From: an uncultured Aliarcobacter sp.
GTDB taxonomy: Bacteria; Campylobacterota; Campylobacteria; Campylobacterales; Arcobacteraceae
NCBI GenBank assembly: GCA_963664305.2
Contig: CAXXLV010000001.1
Coordinates: forward strand, 672,001 to 736,000
DNA: 64,000 nucleotides
Reading direction: 5' to 3'
This document shows, one piece after another, positions 1 through 9,863 of the stretch (position 1 is its first letter; every line of letters starts with the position of its first letter). The notes under the pieces are model-generated. The model saw nothing but the letters and a program-made list of their open reading frames with translations. It was not told the DNA's origin and searched no databases. A program made the translations under genes and the position numbers.

Positions 1-341
1 TTTGCAACAGAACAAGTGATTTTTATCGCATTATCATAATCTTTAAACTCTTCTATAAAAAGTTTTTGTAATTTTTCAGTTTCTACTGCTCTAAAAATAA
101 AATATCCTAAAACTTCAGTTCCTCTTGAACCTGCTTTTTCTATTCCAAAACTATCAAATTTCCAGTCAATTCCTCTTGTAAAAAAGAAAACTTCTGTAAT
201 TCTTTTTTCTAACTCTTCTCTTACTTTATTATCATAAGCTTTTAAATGTACGTAAAAAGCTACATTTGTATTAAATTCTGATTGAACTAATTTTTCTTGT
301 TCAGTTGTTGTTGGTTTTTCTATTAAGTTTATATTGCTCAT
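1..341 (-). CDS. Hypothetical protein, partial (3' end outside window)
   Basis: Manually translated open frame from ATG at 341 (MSNINLIEKPTTTEQEKLVQSEF...) running off the left edge; no family recognised. Confidence 0.7.
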   Translation of the reverse strand, partial: MSNINLIEKPTTTEQEKLVQSEFNTNVAFYVHLKAYDNKVREELEKRITEVFFFTRGIDWKFDSFGIEKAGSRGTEVLGYFIFRAVETEKLQKLFIEEFKDYDNAIKITCSVA

Positions 342-522
342 TTTTAAATGCTTTCCTAGTTTTTTCATATTATATTAAACTTTTTTGAAATAAAACTTGT
401 AATATTTAAATAAACAAATTTATTTTAGCTATTTTTCAAGTTTTAATAAAATAATTAATTTATTTATTCTCTTATTTAATATTTAATCATATATAATCTT
501 TTAACTACACAGAGGGTAAATT

Positions 523-1359
523 ATGGAACAAGAGATTAAAAATATTTCTATCGTTTGGAAATCAGAATATAATATAAATAACTTTTTAATAGATAGAGAA
601 CATCAAGACTTATTTTCTATAGCACGAGAAGCTTTAACTATTTCAAAATTGAAAAATGACAAAGAGCAAATTGAAAAGTTAAAAACAATCATAACAAAAC
701 TATTTACATACACAAAAATTCATTTCTCAAATGAACAACAATATATGGATTCAATATCTTATCCAGATTTAGAAGAACACAAGTTTTTACATAAAAATAT
801 GTTAAATATGCTTACAAATCTTATTTCAGAATTAAACACTATGGAATTAGAAAAAATCCAAAAATCTCTATTTAATTTTATTGAAGAATATTTTATTAGA
901 CATATTATTTTAGAAGATAAAAAAATTCAACTTTGGAATACAAATATTGATGATTTGAAAAAGAATTTTGGTTGGAAAGAGATTTATAGTGTGCAAAATC
1001 CTATGATTGATACTGAACACAAAAAATTATTTGAGATTGCACAAGAAGCTTTTATAGATGTTGATCCTCTTCAAAAATCAATAAAAATCAAAAATGTATT
1101 GACAAAATTGTACGACTATATGAAAACTCATTTTAAACATGAAGAAGAATATATGAAAGAGATTAACTATCCTTTAATAGAAGAACATAAAAAACTTCAT
1201 CACAAAATAATTGAAGATATAAATAGTTTAGTAAGAAGACTTCCAAGCCTAAATGAAGAATTATTTGAAAAAGAACTTGCAAAACTAATAGATATTGCAC
1301 TTGTTCATCATATAATTCAAGAAGATAGAAAAATAATTAGTTGGGTAAAAAATTATTAG
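523..1359 (+). CDS. Bacteriohemerythrin with two tandem hemerythrin domains
   Basis: Repeated W...ID.EH..LF, HF..E(E/Q).YM..I.YP..EEHK.LH and HI..ED motifs. Confidence 0.9.
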   Translation: MEQEIKNISIVWKSEYNINNFLIDREHQDLFSIAREALTISKLKNDKEQIEKLKTIITKLFTYTKIHFSNEQQYMDSISYPDLEEHKFLHKNMLNMLTNLISELNTMELEKIQKSLFNFIEEYFIRHIILEDKKIQLWNTNIDDLKKNFGWKEIYSVQNPMIDTEHKKLFEIAQEAFIDVDPLQKSIKIKNVLTKLYDYMKTHFKHEEEYMKEINYPLIEEHKKLHHKIIEDINSLVRRLPSLNEELFEKELAKLIDIALVHHIIQEDRKIISWVKNY

Positions 1360-1414
1360 CTTATTTTTATTCTAAGATGATACAATTCCGCACTTTATTT
1401 TAAGGATTATTATT

Positions 1415-1768
1415 ATGAAAAAAATTATTTTAGCATCTGCATTATCTGTTTGCACATTATTAGCTTTTGATATTGGTGGAGCATTAAAAAATGCTGGTAC
1501 AGCTGCTGGAACTGCTGCACTAAATGGTGACACAGATGTAAAATCACTTTCAAAAACTGCTGCAGGTTCAGCTGGATTAACATCAGAAGCTTTAGGAGAA
1601 AAATTAGCAACTACAGTAAAATCAAACAATACAGCTGTTTCTTCTATGGATAAAGCAAAAGAGTTATGTTCTCAAGCTTCAACTGTTCAATCAATCGCAA
1701 ATATTGATAGCACAATTGTAAAAGAAGCTATTTCAATCTGCTCTGAAAAAGTTATGGAAACTAAATAA
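1415..1768 (+). CDS. Exported hypothetical protein
   Basis: Signal peptide MKKIILASALSVCTLLA, AAGGA RBS, C-terminal Cys pair. Confidence 0.75.
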   Translation: MKKIILASALSVCTLLAFDIGGALKNAGTAAGTAALNGDTDVKSLSKTAAGSAGLTSEALGEKLATTVKSNNTAVSSMDKAKELCSQASTVQSIANIDSTIVKEAISICSEKVMETK

Positions 1769-1835
1769 TTATTTATAATTTATAAAAAGATGAAAGATTT
1801 ACCTCTTCTCTTTTTATAAAACTCAAATACTTCAC

Positions 1836-2027
1836 ATGAATATCGAATACAAATTTTTACAAAAAGCAATCAATGACAAAAACTATGTTAGTTTTAGTTA
1901 TGAAAACAAAATTTATAAAAATATCAAACCTTTAAAACTAGATGATGGAAATAGACTTCATAGTGATAAAGGTGTTTTTGAGTTTGAGAAGATTAAAAAG
2001 TTGGTGGTTTTGAAAGAGAGATTTTGA
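1836..2027 (+). CDS. Small stand-alone WYL-like domain protein
   Basis: LQKAI....VSFSY....IKPLKL....FEFEKI..L...ERF follows the WYL domain pattern; no HTH. Confidence 0.55.
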   Translation: MNIEYKFLQKAINDKNYVSFSYENKIYKNIKPLKLDDGNRLHSDKGVFEFEKIKKLVVLKERF

Positions 2028-2037
2028 TTTGAATATT

Positions 2038-2201
2038 ACTTTTCTTTTTAGTAAAGAAAAGTTGACAAAAGAAAAGCGTTCGCAAAGTTCCAAAATAGCT
2101 AAAAAATAAAATGAAATCTTAAAATTTGAAAACTCGGCTAAAGCCTCAAACAGTTCAAATTTCTTAACAGATTTAATTTGATTTTTCTTTACGCTATTTT
2201 G
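2038..2201. repeat. Structured intergenic element (nested inverted repeats; REP/MITE-like or sRNA)
   Basis: ACTTTTCTTT/AAAGAAAAGT (2038-2062); CAAAATAGC 2091-2099 pairs with GCTATTTTG 2193-2201; AAATCT/AGATTT; AAATTTGAA/TTCAAATTT; apical GGCT-AA-AGCC. Confidence 0.6.
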
Positions 2202-2208
2202 AAAATGC

Positions 2209-3036
2209 TCACTTTCTTAATCCACTTAAACTTGCTATTGAAGCTTGTAATACTTGCCAACTAATTAACGCCGTATGTTTATCAGGATTAAAATTTTGCA
2301 TTGCTTGAACTCTTGGATGAATATAATTCCTAAAATCTCTTACTTCATGACTAAATTTTTTTACATCTAATCCAATATAATTTAATTCATGAGAAACATC
2401 AATTAAAGAACTTAATGACCATTCACTTAATGGCTTAACATTACCATTTTTATCTTTGGGAGAACTTTTAGCACAATTAAATTCTTTAATATGTTTTGAG
2501 GCTTTCTCAATTAACAACCCTTCTAAGGTACTCCCACATAAAAAAACAACAGATAAGGATATATTATTTGACAAGCACATTTTTATTTCAGTTATTCTTT
2601 GACTTATAATTTTTTCATATTGAAAATCTAATTCTAAATAAGAAAGATTGATTTCATCAAATCTCAAATTTAAAAAATCTTCTTCTGTTTTTTCTTTAAT
2701 CTCTTTACCTAGTAATCTATCAACAATTCTTTTACATTCAAAATAAATATTATTATTTAATTCCTGTGATTTTTTTAATTCTTCAAATCTCCAAACTTCT
2801 AACATTTCATTCAAAACTTTTCCTACTATTAAATCACTTTCTATTTCCCAAAATGCTCGTAATCTTTTTGCTTTAGAATTACCATTATATTCATATTTAT
2901 CATCATAAATATGAATTCTAACTATGTCATAAATCAATTTTGCAAATTCTGAATTTGTAAAATCTAATACATATCCATTTCCCATGTCAAATAAATTTTC
3001 AAAATATCGCTTTTCTGTAGTTTTTAATTGTGCCAT
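2209..3036 (-). CDS. AbiJ-like N-terminal domain plus HEPN-like C-terminal domain protein (putative anti-phage/abortive infection)
   Basis: N-terminal GYVLDF...SKAKRLRAFW; C-terminal CGSTLEGLL and RDFRNYIHP HEPN-type motif. Confidence 0.65.
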   Translation of the reverse strand: MAQLKTTEKRYFENLFDMGNGYVLDFTNSEFAKLIYDIVRIHIYDDKYEYNGNSKAKRLRAFWEIESDLIVGKVLNEMLEVWRFEELKKSQELNNNIYFECKRIVDRLLGKEIKEKTEEDFLNLRFDEINLSYLELDFQYEKIISQRITEIKMCLSNNISLSVVFLCGSTLEGLLIEKASKHIKEFNCAKSSPKDKNGNVKPLSEWSLSSLIDVSHELNYIGLDVKKFSHEVRDFRNYIHPRVQAMQNFNPDKHTALISWQVLQASIASLSGLRK

Positions 3037-3081
3037 TGATTTCTCTTAAATAATTATTTTTAGTATTTCATTATACTTAGA

Positions 3082-3198
3082 AAATAGTAAATTTTGTTAA
3101 AGTTCAAGGCAAAAGGAAAAATTGGAATAGGAGCATACAGAAGTATGTGACTATTTCAATTTTGACGATAACGCAGAGATTTACAAAAAGAACTATTT
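3082..3198. repeat. Structured intergenic palindromic element
   Basis: AAAATTGGAATAG (ending 3130) pairs with CTATTTCAATTTT (3151-3163), inner CATAC-AGAA-GTATG, outer AAATAGT/ACTATTT. Confidence 0.55.
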
Positions 3199-4424
3199 TA
3201 TCTAGCTAGACTTTTCCCAACAAGATAACCACTCGCCCACGCAAAATGAAGATTAAATCCTCCCCTATTCCCAACTATATCTAAAACCTCTCCTGCAAAA
3301 TATAGATTTTTCACCAACTTGCTTTCATAAGTTTTATTATCAACCTCGATAGTTCGCACACCTCCACCACTTGCTTCTGCGTGGGCAAAACCTTGAGTAT
3401 CTATGATTTTCATTTTCCACTGATTTAGTTGATAAGCTATTGCTTTTATCTGTTTTGCATTTATTTCAGAGGCTTTTGTATTTATATCTATTTTACAAAT
3501 ATCTAATAAAGCTGGAGCTATTTTATTTGAAACCATTCCAGTTAAGATATCCACAACTCTTTGATTTGGTACAGTTTTTAATAAACTTTGTATTTGGTCG
3601 GCTAAGTCATTTTTATTTATTTTTGGAAAGAAGTTGATAGCGATTTTTACATCTTGATAAGAACTTAGATTTAAAACAGCAAGTTGTGAGATATCAAGTA
3701 TTGCAAAACCTGAAACTCCATAGCTTGTAAAAAGTACATCTCCAAATATCTCTTGCTCTAAATTATTATTTACAAACAAGCTTACATTACACTCTTTTTT
3801 TACTCCTTGAAGTTTTCCATTATAAGTGTTTTCAGTTTGAAGTCCTACAAGTGAAGGATAAGTTGGATTATAAGAGTGTCCAAATTTTGAAGCAAAATCC
3901 AAACCACTCTCATTTGCATTTAGTTGTGGAGCTGCACCTAAACCATTTGAGATTAGAACTTTGTCATAGTTTTTGTATTCATTTTCAGCTGTTTTTATTA
4001 CAAATTTATCTTCAACTTTTTCTATATCTTTTATAAAGTGCTCCAAATAAACATTAATATCTAGATTTTTTAAAGCAAGTTCCAAAAGATTTGTTACAGA
4101 TTTTGCTTCATTTGAGAGTGGATAAACTTTCCCACTCTCTTTGATATCTAGTAAAAGTCCAATACTTTTGCAAAACTTTTCAAAGGCTTTGAAATCAAAC
4201 TCTTTTAAAGCAAAATTTACAAACTCAGGATTTTCTCCAATATAGTTTTTTGATGTGATTTGATTATTTGAGATATTGCATCTTCCATTTCCGCTAGCTA
4301 GGATTTTTTTACCTATACCTTTATTTGCATCAAACATATCTATTTGTAAATTTTTATTTAATCTTTTAGCTGTAATTGCAGCCATAATTCCAGCTGCTCC
4401 ACAGCCAATAATCGCTATTTTCAA
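3198..4424 (-). CDS. HI0933/BaiN family NAD(P)/FAD-dependent oxidoreductase
   Basis: GxGAAG, GKKILASGNGRCN, LYFAGEVLD, GGFNLHFAWASG. Confidence 0.93.
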   Translation of the reverse strand: MKIAIIGCGAAGIMAAITAKRLNKNLQIDMFDANKGIGKKILASGNGRCNISNNQITSKNYIGENPEFVNFALKEFDFKAFEKFCKSIGLLLDIKESGKVYPLSNEAKSVTNLLELALKNLDINVYLEHFIKDIEKVEDKFVIKTAENEYKNYDKVLISNGLGAAPQLNANESGLDFASKFGHSYNPTYPSLVGLQTENTYNGKLQGVKKECNVSLFVNNNLEQEIFGDVLFTSYGVSGFAILDISQLAVLNLSSYQDVKIAINFFPKINKNDLADQIQSLLKTVPNQRVVDILTGMVSNKIAPALLDICKIDINTKASEINAKQIKAIAYQLNQWKMKIIDTQGFAHAEASGGGVRTIEVDNKTYESKLVKNLYFAGEVLDIVGNRGGFNLHFAWASGYLVGKSLAR

Positions 4425-4489
4425 TACTATTTCCTAAATCATTTTTTTGATTATAGCCAATGAACTCTTTTAGACTCTTTCAAAATATG

Positions 4490-4505
4490 AGGAACGTTAT
4501 TTGCA
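4490..4505 (+). promoter_or_regulatory. Putative sigma54 (-24/-12) promoter
   Basis: AGGAACGTTATTTGCA: GG(4491)-N10-GC(4503), about 30 nt upstream of the ATG at 4535. Confidence 0.7.
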
Positions 4506-4534
4506 TTACTTCTCCCATAAATAAAGGATAGTTT

Positions 4535-5536
4535 ATGAATCCACAAAAGATAAAACGTTCAGTTGAACACTTAATAGAAAGAAAAGTACCTATATTTTTA
4601 TGGGGACCTCCAGGTATTGGAAAATCATCAATTATTTCTCAAATAGCACGAGAAAAAGGCATAGCTTGTATAGATTTAAGGCTTTCTTTACTTGACCCAA
4701 CGGATTTAAGAGGTATTCCATTTTTTGACTCTTCTAATCAAACAGCTATTTGGGCACCTGCTTCATTTTTACCTGATGGTAGTATCAAAGAGGGAATTCT
4801 GTTTTTAGATGAGTTAAACACAGCTGCTCCGATGGTTCAAGCTTCTGCTTATCAACTTATCTTAGATAGAAAAATTGGAGAATACAAACTTCCTGACGGT
4901 TGGGCAATAGTTGCTGCTGGAAATAGAGAAAGTGATAAAGGTGTAGTTTTTCGTATGGCTGCACCACTTGCAAATAGATTTATTCACCTTGATATGGAAG
5001 TAAATGTAGATGATTGGAAGATTTGGGCAAGAGTCGCAAATATCGATTTATCGATAATCTCATTTATCTCATATAGACCTGATGCGCTTTTTACATTTAA
5101 CACTCACAGTGATTCAAAAGCTTTTGCAACTCCTAGAACTTGGGCTTATGTAAATGAGATTTTGCATTCAACTCCTGAAGATGACCTACTTATGCCACTT
5201 ATTAGTGGAGCGATTGGTGAAGAGTTAGCTGCTTCATTTTTAGGATTTAAATCAGTTGTAAAAGATTTACCAAATATGGATGCAATATTTGAAGGAACAA
5301 CGACTGAAACTCCAACTGATACTTCTGCTTTACATATTTTATGTACTGCTTTAACTTTAAAAGTAAATGATGAAACAAGAACAAAAGAGTTAGACAATCT
5401 TTTAAACTACTCTTTAAATCTTCCAGGAGAGTTTGCAGTTATGATAATCCAAGATTTAAGACAAAGAAGTATTGAACTTGATTATCTAAAATCTTGGCCT
5501 TTATGGATGAAAAAATTTAACTCTTTGCTTAGATAA
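4535..5536 (+). CDS. MoxR-like AAA+ ATPase
   Basis: Walker A GPPGIGKS, DLRGIP, Walker B LFLDE, AAGN, LANRF, TPRTW. Confidence 0.9.
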   Translation: MNPQKIKRSVEHLIERKVPIFLWGPPGIGKSSIISQIAREKGIACIDLRLSLLDPTDLRGIPFFDSSNQTAIWAPASFLPDGSIKEGILFLDELNTAAPMVQASAYQLILDRKIGEYKLPDGWAIVAAGNRESDKGVVFRMAAPLANRFIHLDMEVNVDDWKIWARVANIDLSIISFISYRPDALFTFNTHSDSKAFATPRTWAYVNEILHSTPEDDLLMPLISGAIGEELAASFLGFKSVVKDLPNMDAIFEGTTTETPTDTSALHILCTALTLKVNDETRTKELDNLLNYSLNLPGEFAVMIIQDLRQRSIELDYLKSWPLWMKKFNSLLR

Positions 5537-5539
5537 ATT

Positions 5540-6670
5540 ATGAACGCAGATATTTTACTAACAAAAGCTAAAAGCCAACTAACTACCAAACATCCATATT
5601 TTGGTATGTTAGCTTCGAGACTAAAACATGAAGAAAATGAAAGCATAAGAGCATATGCAAGTAATGGAAAACGATTTTTATATAATCCTTCTTTTGTGGA
5701 GAGTTGTAGTATTGAAGAGTTGTCTTTTGTTTTAACTAACTGCGTTATGCATCATATTTTATCTCACCAACAAAGAAAACTAAAAAGAAAAGGTTTTCTT
5801 TGGCAACTTGCAACTGATTTTGCAATCAATAATCTACTTTTTAAAAATGGAGTAAAAATCCCAAAAGGTGCAAATTTTGATAAAAAATATAAAAATATGT
5901 ACGCTGAAGAGATTTATGAAGAGCTAAAAAAAGAGCGAATAGAAGCTGGATTTGATGCCTATGAAGAAGATGAGGAAGAAAAAGAGCAAGAACAAAATGA
6001 AGAGAACAAATTTACAAAAGTAAAAAATATCGAAGAAAACCTTGATGAAAGAGATGAAGAACAGTGGGAATATGCTTCAACTTTAGCAAAAGAGGTAGCT
6101 ATAAGAAAATCTTTAATGCCTTTAGGTTTTGAAAGATTAGCAAAAAAAGTTGAAGCTAAAAATATCGATTGGAAGTTTGAATTATACAATGCCATAAATC
6201 GTCATATGAGGAACAACTACGCTTTTATGCCACCAAATAAAAAACATCTATATCGTGGTTTTGCTCTGCCATCACTTACAAGTGATACATTAAGTCTTAT
6301 AGTTGCTATTGATACATCTGGTTCTATTCAAGAAGAGATTTTAGGAGCTTTTGTTGAAGAGTTTAAAACTATTATGCAAAATTTTCCGGCAGTTAATATA
6401 GAACTTCTAATCGCTGATGCAAAAATACAAGGTCACTATAGTTTTAAAAATGCTCAAGATATTGATTTTGTTTTAAAAGGTGGTGGAGGAACTGACTATC
6501 GTCCTGTATTTGACTACATTGATGCAAACTTTCCTATGAGTAGTATGCTTTTATATTTTACTGATGGTGATGGAATTTTTCCAAGAATTCCACCATCATA
6601 TGAAGTTCTTTGGGCTTTATCAAATAGAAAAGATAGAATTCCTTTTGGTAGGTCAATTGTGATTTTTTAG
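5540..6670 (+). CDS. DUF2201-type metallopeptidase-like plus VWA domain protein
   Basis: W..ATD.AIN N-terminal domain, acidic linker, MIDAS DTSGS, GGGGTDYRPVF, YFTDG. Confidence 0.85.
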   Translation: MNADILLTKAKSQLTTKHPYFGMLASRLKHEENESIRAYASNGKRFLYNPSFVESCSIEELSFVLTNCVMHHILSHQQRKLKRKGFLWQLATDFAINNLLFKNGVKIPKGANFDKKYKNMYAEEIYEELKKERIEAGFDAYEEDEEEKEQEQNEENKFTKVKNIEENLDERDEEQWEYASTLAKEVAIRKSLMPLGFERLAKKVEAKNIDWKFELYNAINRHMRNNYAFMPPNKKHLYRGFALPSLTSDTLSLIVAIDTSGSIQEEILGAFVEEFKTIMQNFPAVNIELLIADAKIQGHYSFKNAQDIDFVLKGGGGTDYRPVFDYIDANFPMSSMLLYFTDGDGIFPRIPPSYEVLWALSNRKDRIPFGRSIVIF

Positions 6671-6981
6671 TAAAAAACTGCAAACCAAATAGTTGGCTCT
6701 ATTTGGCTTGTAAACTTTACTCTGTGTTTTTCAAATGCTTTTATATTTAAACAATCACCTTTTTTTAACTCAACTTCATAATCATCAAATTCAAGTATAG
6801 CAAAACCCTCAAGAAGTAAAATATATTCACTCTGTTCTTGCTCATACCAAAAATTTTCAGGTGATTTTTGACCATTTGAAACAATTTTTTCTATTTTTAT
6901 CTTCTCATTTTTAAAAATTTCAAAAAATTTTTCTTCACTTTTATCTATTGGAATTTCATCAAAGATATTATATTTTTCCAT
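6667..6981 (-). CDS. Cupin domain protein
   Basis: IEKIVSNGQKSP..FWYEQ..E..LLL.G.A, KHRV..T, W.AVFY. Confidence 0.85.
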   Translation of the reverse strand: MEKYNIFDEIPIDKSEEKFFEIFKNEKIKIEKIVSNGQKSPENFWYEQEQSEYILLLEGFAILEFDDYEVELKKGDCLNIKAFEKHRVKFTSQIEPTIWFAVFY

Positions 6982-7049
6982 ATTTATTTTGACCTAATAT
7001 ATTGATTTTTTGGTATTTTACCCTAATTCTTATAATGATGTGATATAAT

Positions 7050-7068
7050 CTTGATAGATTTAATCAAG
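7050..7068. promoter_or_regulatory. Candidate operator (Rrf2-type dyad) upstream of the sulfur operon
   Basis: CTTGAT-N7-ATCAAG. Confidence 0.45.
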
Positions 7069-7121
7069 TTAGATATATACACCTTATTTAAAGGGTATTA
7101 TATTAATTTTGATTAAACTAC

Positions 7122-7150
7122 TTGACATTAATTCAAAAATGTTCTATAAT
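7122..7150 (+). promoter_or_regulatory. Sigma70 promoter of the metY-cys operon
   Basis: Exact TTGACA-N17-TATAAT. Confidence 0.8.
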
Positions 7151-7194
7151 TTCAACATAATTAAAGTTGATTAATTTAAAAAGGATTAAGATAC

Positions 7195-8463
7195 ATGGAA
7201 AAAGAAACAATTGCAATACATGCAGGATATAATAAAAAACAAGGTAACGGAGAGATGTCTGTTCCAATTTCTCAAACAACAGCTTATGCGTTTAGAGATA
7301 GTGAACATGCAGCAAATTTATTTGCATTAAAAGAATTAGGACCAATCTATACAAGATTAACAAACCCAACAACAGATGTTTTAGAGCAAAGATTTGCACA
7401 ACTAGAAGGTGGAGCAGCAGCTATTTGTACATCTTCAGGACAAGCTGCAATTTTTTATGCGATTGCAAATGTTGCTGAAGCTGGTGATAATATCATTATT
7501 TCTGATAAATTATATGGTGGAGCAGTTACACTTTTAACTCATACTATTAAAAGATTTGGAATCAGTGCAAAAGTATTTAAAAGTGATGACGCTTCTAATT
7601 TAGAAGAGTTAATTGATGATAAAACAAAAGCAATTTTCTTTGAATCATTATCAAATCCACAAATTGCAATTACTGATGTTGAAAAAGTAGTTGAAATTGC
7701 AAAAAGACATGGTGTTTTAACTGTTTGTGATAATACAGTTGCAAGTGCAGCGTTATTTAATCCAATCGCTTGGGGAGTTGATGTTGTTGTTCATTCAACT
7801 TCAAAATATACAAATGGTCAAGGAACTGCAATTGGTGGAATCGTTGTAGAAAGAGATGGATTAGCAGAATTTTTCAAAGCAAATTCAAATAGATATTCTC
7901 ACTTTACAACACCAGATGAGTCATATCATGGATTAGTTTATACGGATGTTCCACTTCCAAACTTTTGTTTAAGAATTAGATTAGCATTATTAAGAGATAT
8001 CGGTGCAACTCAAGCTCCATTTAACTCTTGGCTTTTAATTCAAACATTAGAAACTTTAGGATTAAGAGTTGATAAACACTCTGATAACGCTTTAGAAGTT
8101 GCAAAATTCTTAGAGTCACATCCAAAAGTAAAAGCGGTAAATTATCCAGGGCTAAAATCAAATAAATATTATGATAAAGCTCAAAAATATTTCAAAGGTG
8201 GAAAAGCATCTGGATTAATTTCATTTGATGTTGAATCTTTTGAAGAAGCAAAAAGAATCATTGATAGCGTTAAACTGTTTAGCGTTGTTGTAAATATTGG
8301 AGATAGTAAATCACTAATTACTCATCCAGCTTCAACTACTCACTCTCAAATGAGTCCAGAAGAGTTAGTAAAAGCGGGTGTTAATCCTGTGACTGTTAGA
8401 CTTTCTATTGGTTTAGAAAATCCTGTTGATCTTATTGAAGATCTAAATCTTGCATTAAACTAG
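7195..8463 (+). CDS. metY: O-acetylhomoserine sulfhydrylase (OAH/OAS aminocarboxypropyltransferase)
   Basis: YTRLTNPT, HSTSKY PLP lysine, NIGDSKSLITHPASTTH, RLSIGLE. Confidence 0.9.
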   Translation: MEKETIAIHAGYNKKQGNGEMSVPISQTTAYAFRDSEHAANLFALKELGPIYTRLTNPTTDVLEQRFAQLEGGAAAICTSSGQAAIFYAIANVAEAGDNIIISDKLYGGAVTLLTHTIKRFGISAKVFKSDDASNLEELIDDKTKAIFFESLSNPQIAITDVEKVVEIAKRHGVLTVCDNTVASAALFNPIAWGVDVVVHSTSKYTNGQGTAIGGIVVERDGLAEFFKANSNRYSHFTTPDESYHGLVYTDVPLPNFCLRIRLALLRDIGATQAPFNSWLLIQTLETLGLRVDKHSDNALEVAKFLESHPKVKAVNYPGLKSNKYYDKAQKYFKGGKASGLISFDVESFEEAKRIIDSVKLFSVVVNIGDSKSLITHPASTTHSQMSPEELVKAGVNPVTVRLSIGLENPVDLIEDLNLALN

Positions 8464-8467
8464 AAAA

Positions 8468-8881
8468 ATGCCTCTAATATCAACAAAAGGGGTATATGGT
8501 TTAACTGCCATGTACGAGTTAAGTAAGCATCAAGAAGATAGTCCCATGCAAATCAAGGAAATATCTGCAAATGCTAACATTCCTCAAAATTACTTGGAAC
8601 AGCTCTTAAGTAAATTAAGACGAGCTGATTTAGTAAAAAGTATAAGAGGAGCAAGAGGTGGTTACACCCTTGCAAAGAGTCCAGAAGAAATCAAAGTAGT
8701 TGATATTTTGATTGCTTTAGAAGATGATATAAAAATTATTGACACAAAAACAGATAATCCAATTTTGAATATCTTTTTTGATGAGTCAAAAAATAGTATG
8801 AAAAAAATCTTTGATATTCAACTATCAAAACTAGATGAATATCAAGATAAATATAACGAATTTTTACATTACAATATTTAA
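8468..8881 (+). CDS. Rrf2 family transcriptional regulator, Cys-less (CymR-like)
   Basis: STKG.YG, YLEQLL..L, S.RGARGGY.LA. Confidence 0.9.
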   Translation: MPLISTKGVYGLTAMYELSKHQEDSPMQIKEISANANIPQNYLEQLLSKLRRADLVKSIRGARGGYTLAKSPEEIKVVDILIALEDDIKIIDTKTDNPILNIFFDESKNSMKKIFDIQLSKLDEYQDKYNEFLHYNI

Positions 8882-8893
8882 GGAAGGCAAGAA

Positions 8894-9826
8894 ATGAAAT
8901 ACGCAAATAACATAACGGAATTAATTGGTAATACACCTTTAGTAAAATTACAAGCTGCAAGTAATGCAAGCGGAGCAACTGTTTTAGGTAAATGTGAATT
9001 TATGAACCCATCACATTCAGTAAAAGATAGAATTGGAACAAACATGATAAACGCTGCTTTAAAAGCTGGTTTAATCAATAAAGATACAATCGTAATTGAA
9101 CCAACAAGTGGAAATACAGGAATTGCATTAGCTTCTGTTTGTGCTGCTTTAGGAATTAAATTAATTCTTACAATGCCTTCATCAATGAGTATTGAAAGAA
9201 GAAGATTATTAAAAGCATTAGGTGCAGAACTTGTTTTAACTGCTCCAGAAAAAGGAATGAAAGGTGCTATCGAAAAAGCTGATGAGTTACATGCGGAAAC
9301 TCCAAATTCATTCATTCCTCAACAATTTGCAAATGCTGCAAATCCAGAGATTCACAGACTTACAACAGCAAAAGAAATTTTAGCTGATACAGATGGTAAA
9401 GTTGATATCTTCATTGCAGCAGTTGGAACTGGTGGAACAATTACTGGAACAAGTGAAGTTTTAAAAGCTCACAATCCAAATGTACAAATTATTGCAGTTG
9501 AGCCAGAAGCAAGTCCTGTATTAAGTGGTGGAAAACCAGGACCTCACAAAATTCAAGGAATTGGAGCTGGATTTGTACCTGCAGTTTTAAATACTGGAAT
9601 TTATGATGAAGTAATTCAAGTATCAAATGATGATGCTATTGAAAGTTCAAGAAAATTAGCATTAACTGAGGGATTACTTGTTGGAATCAGTGCTGGAGCA
9701 AACGCTCACGTTGCAGCATTAGTTGCGGCTAGACCAGAAAATAAAGGTAAAACAATCGTTACAATTTTATGTGACACAGGTGAGAGATACCTAAGTTCTG
9801 GTTTATACAATTATGATGAAGAGTAA
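8894..9826 (+). CDS. cysK: Cysteine synthase A
   Basis: [35 protein letters not shown]. Confidence 0.96.
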   Translation: MKYANNITELIGNTPLVKLQAASNASGATVLGKCEFMNPSHSVKDRIGTNMINAALKAGLINKDTIVIEPTSGNTGIALASVCAALGIKLILTMPSSMSIERRRLLKALGAELVLTAPEKGMKGAIEKADELHAETPNSFIPQQFANAANPEIHRLTTAKEILADTDGKVDIFIAAVGTGGTITGTSEVLKAHNPNVQIIAVEPEASPVLSGGKPGPHKIQGIGAGFVPAVLNTGIYDEVIQVSNDDAIESSRKLALTEGLLVGISAGANAHVAALVAARPENKGKTIVTILCDTGERYLSSGLYNYDEE

Positions 9827-9863
9827 GAACTCTTTATCATAAGAAATAAAATAGGGAAAATTT

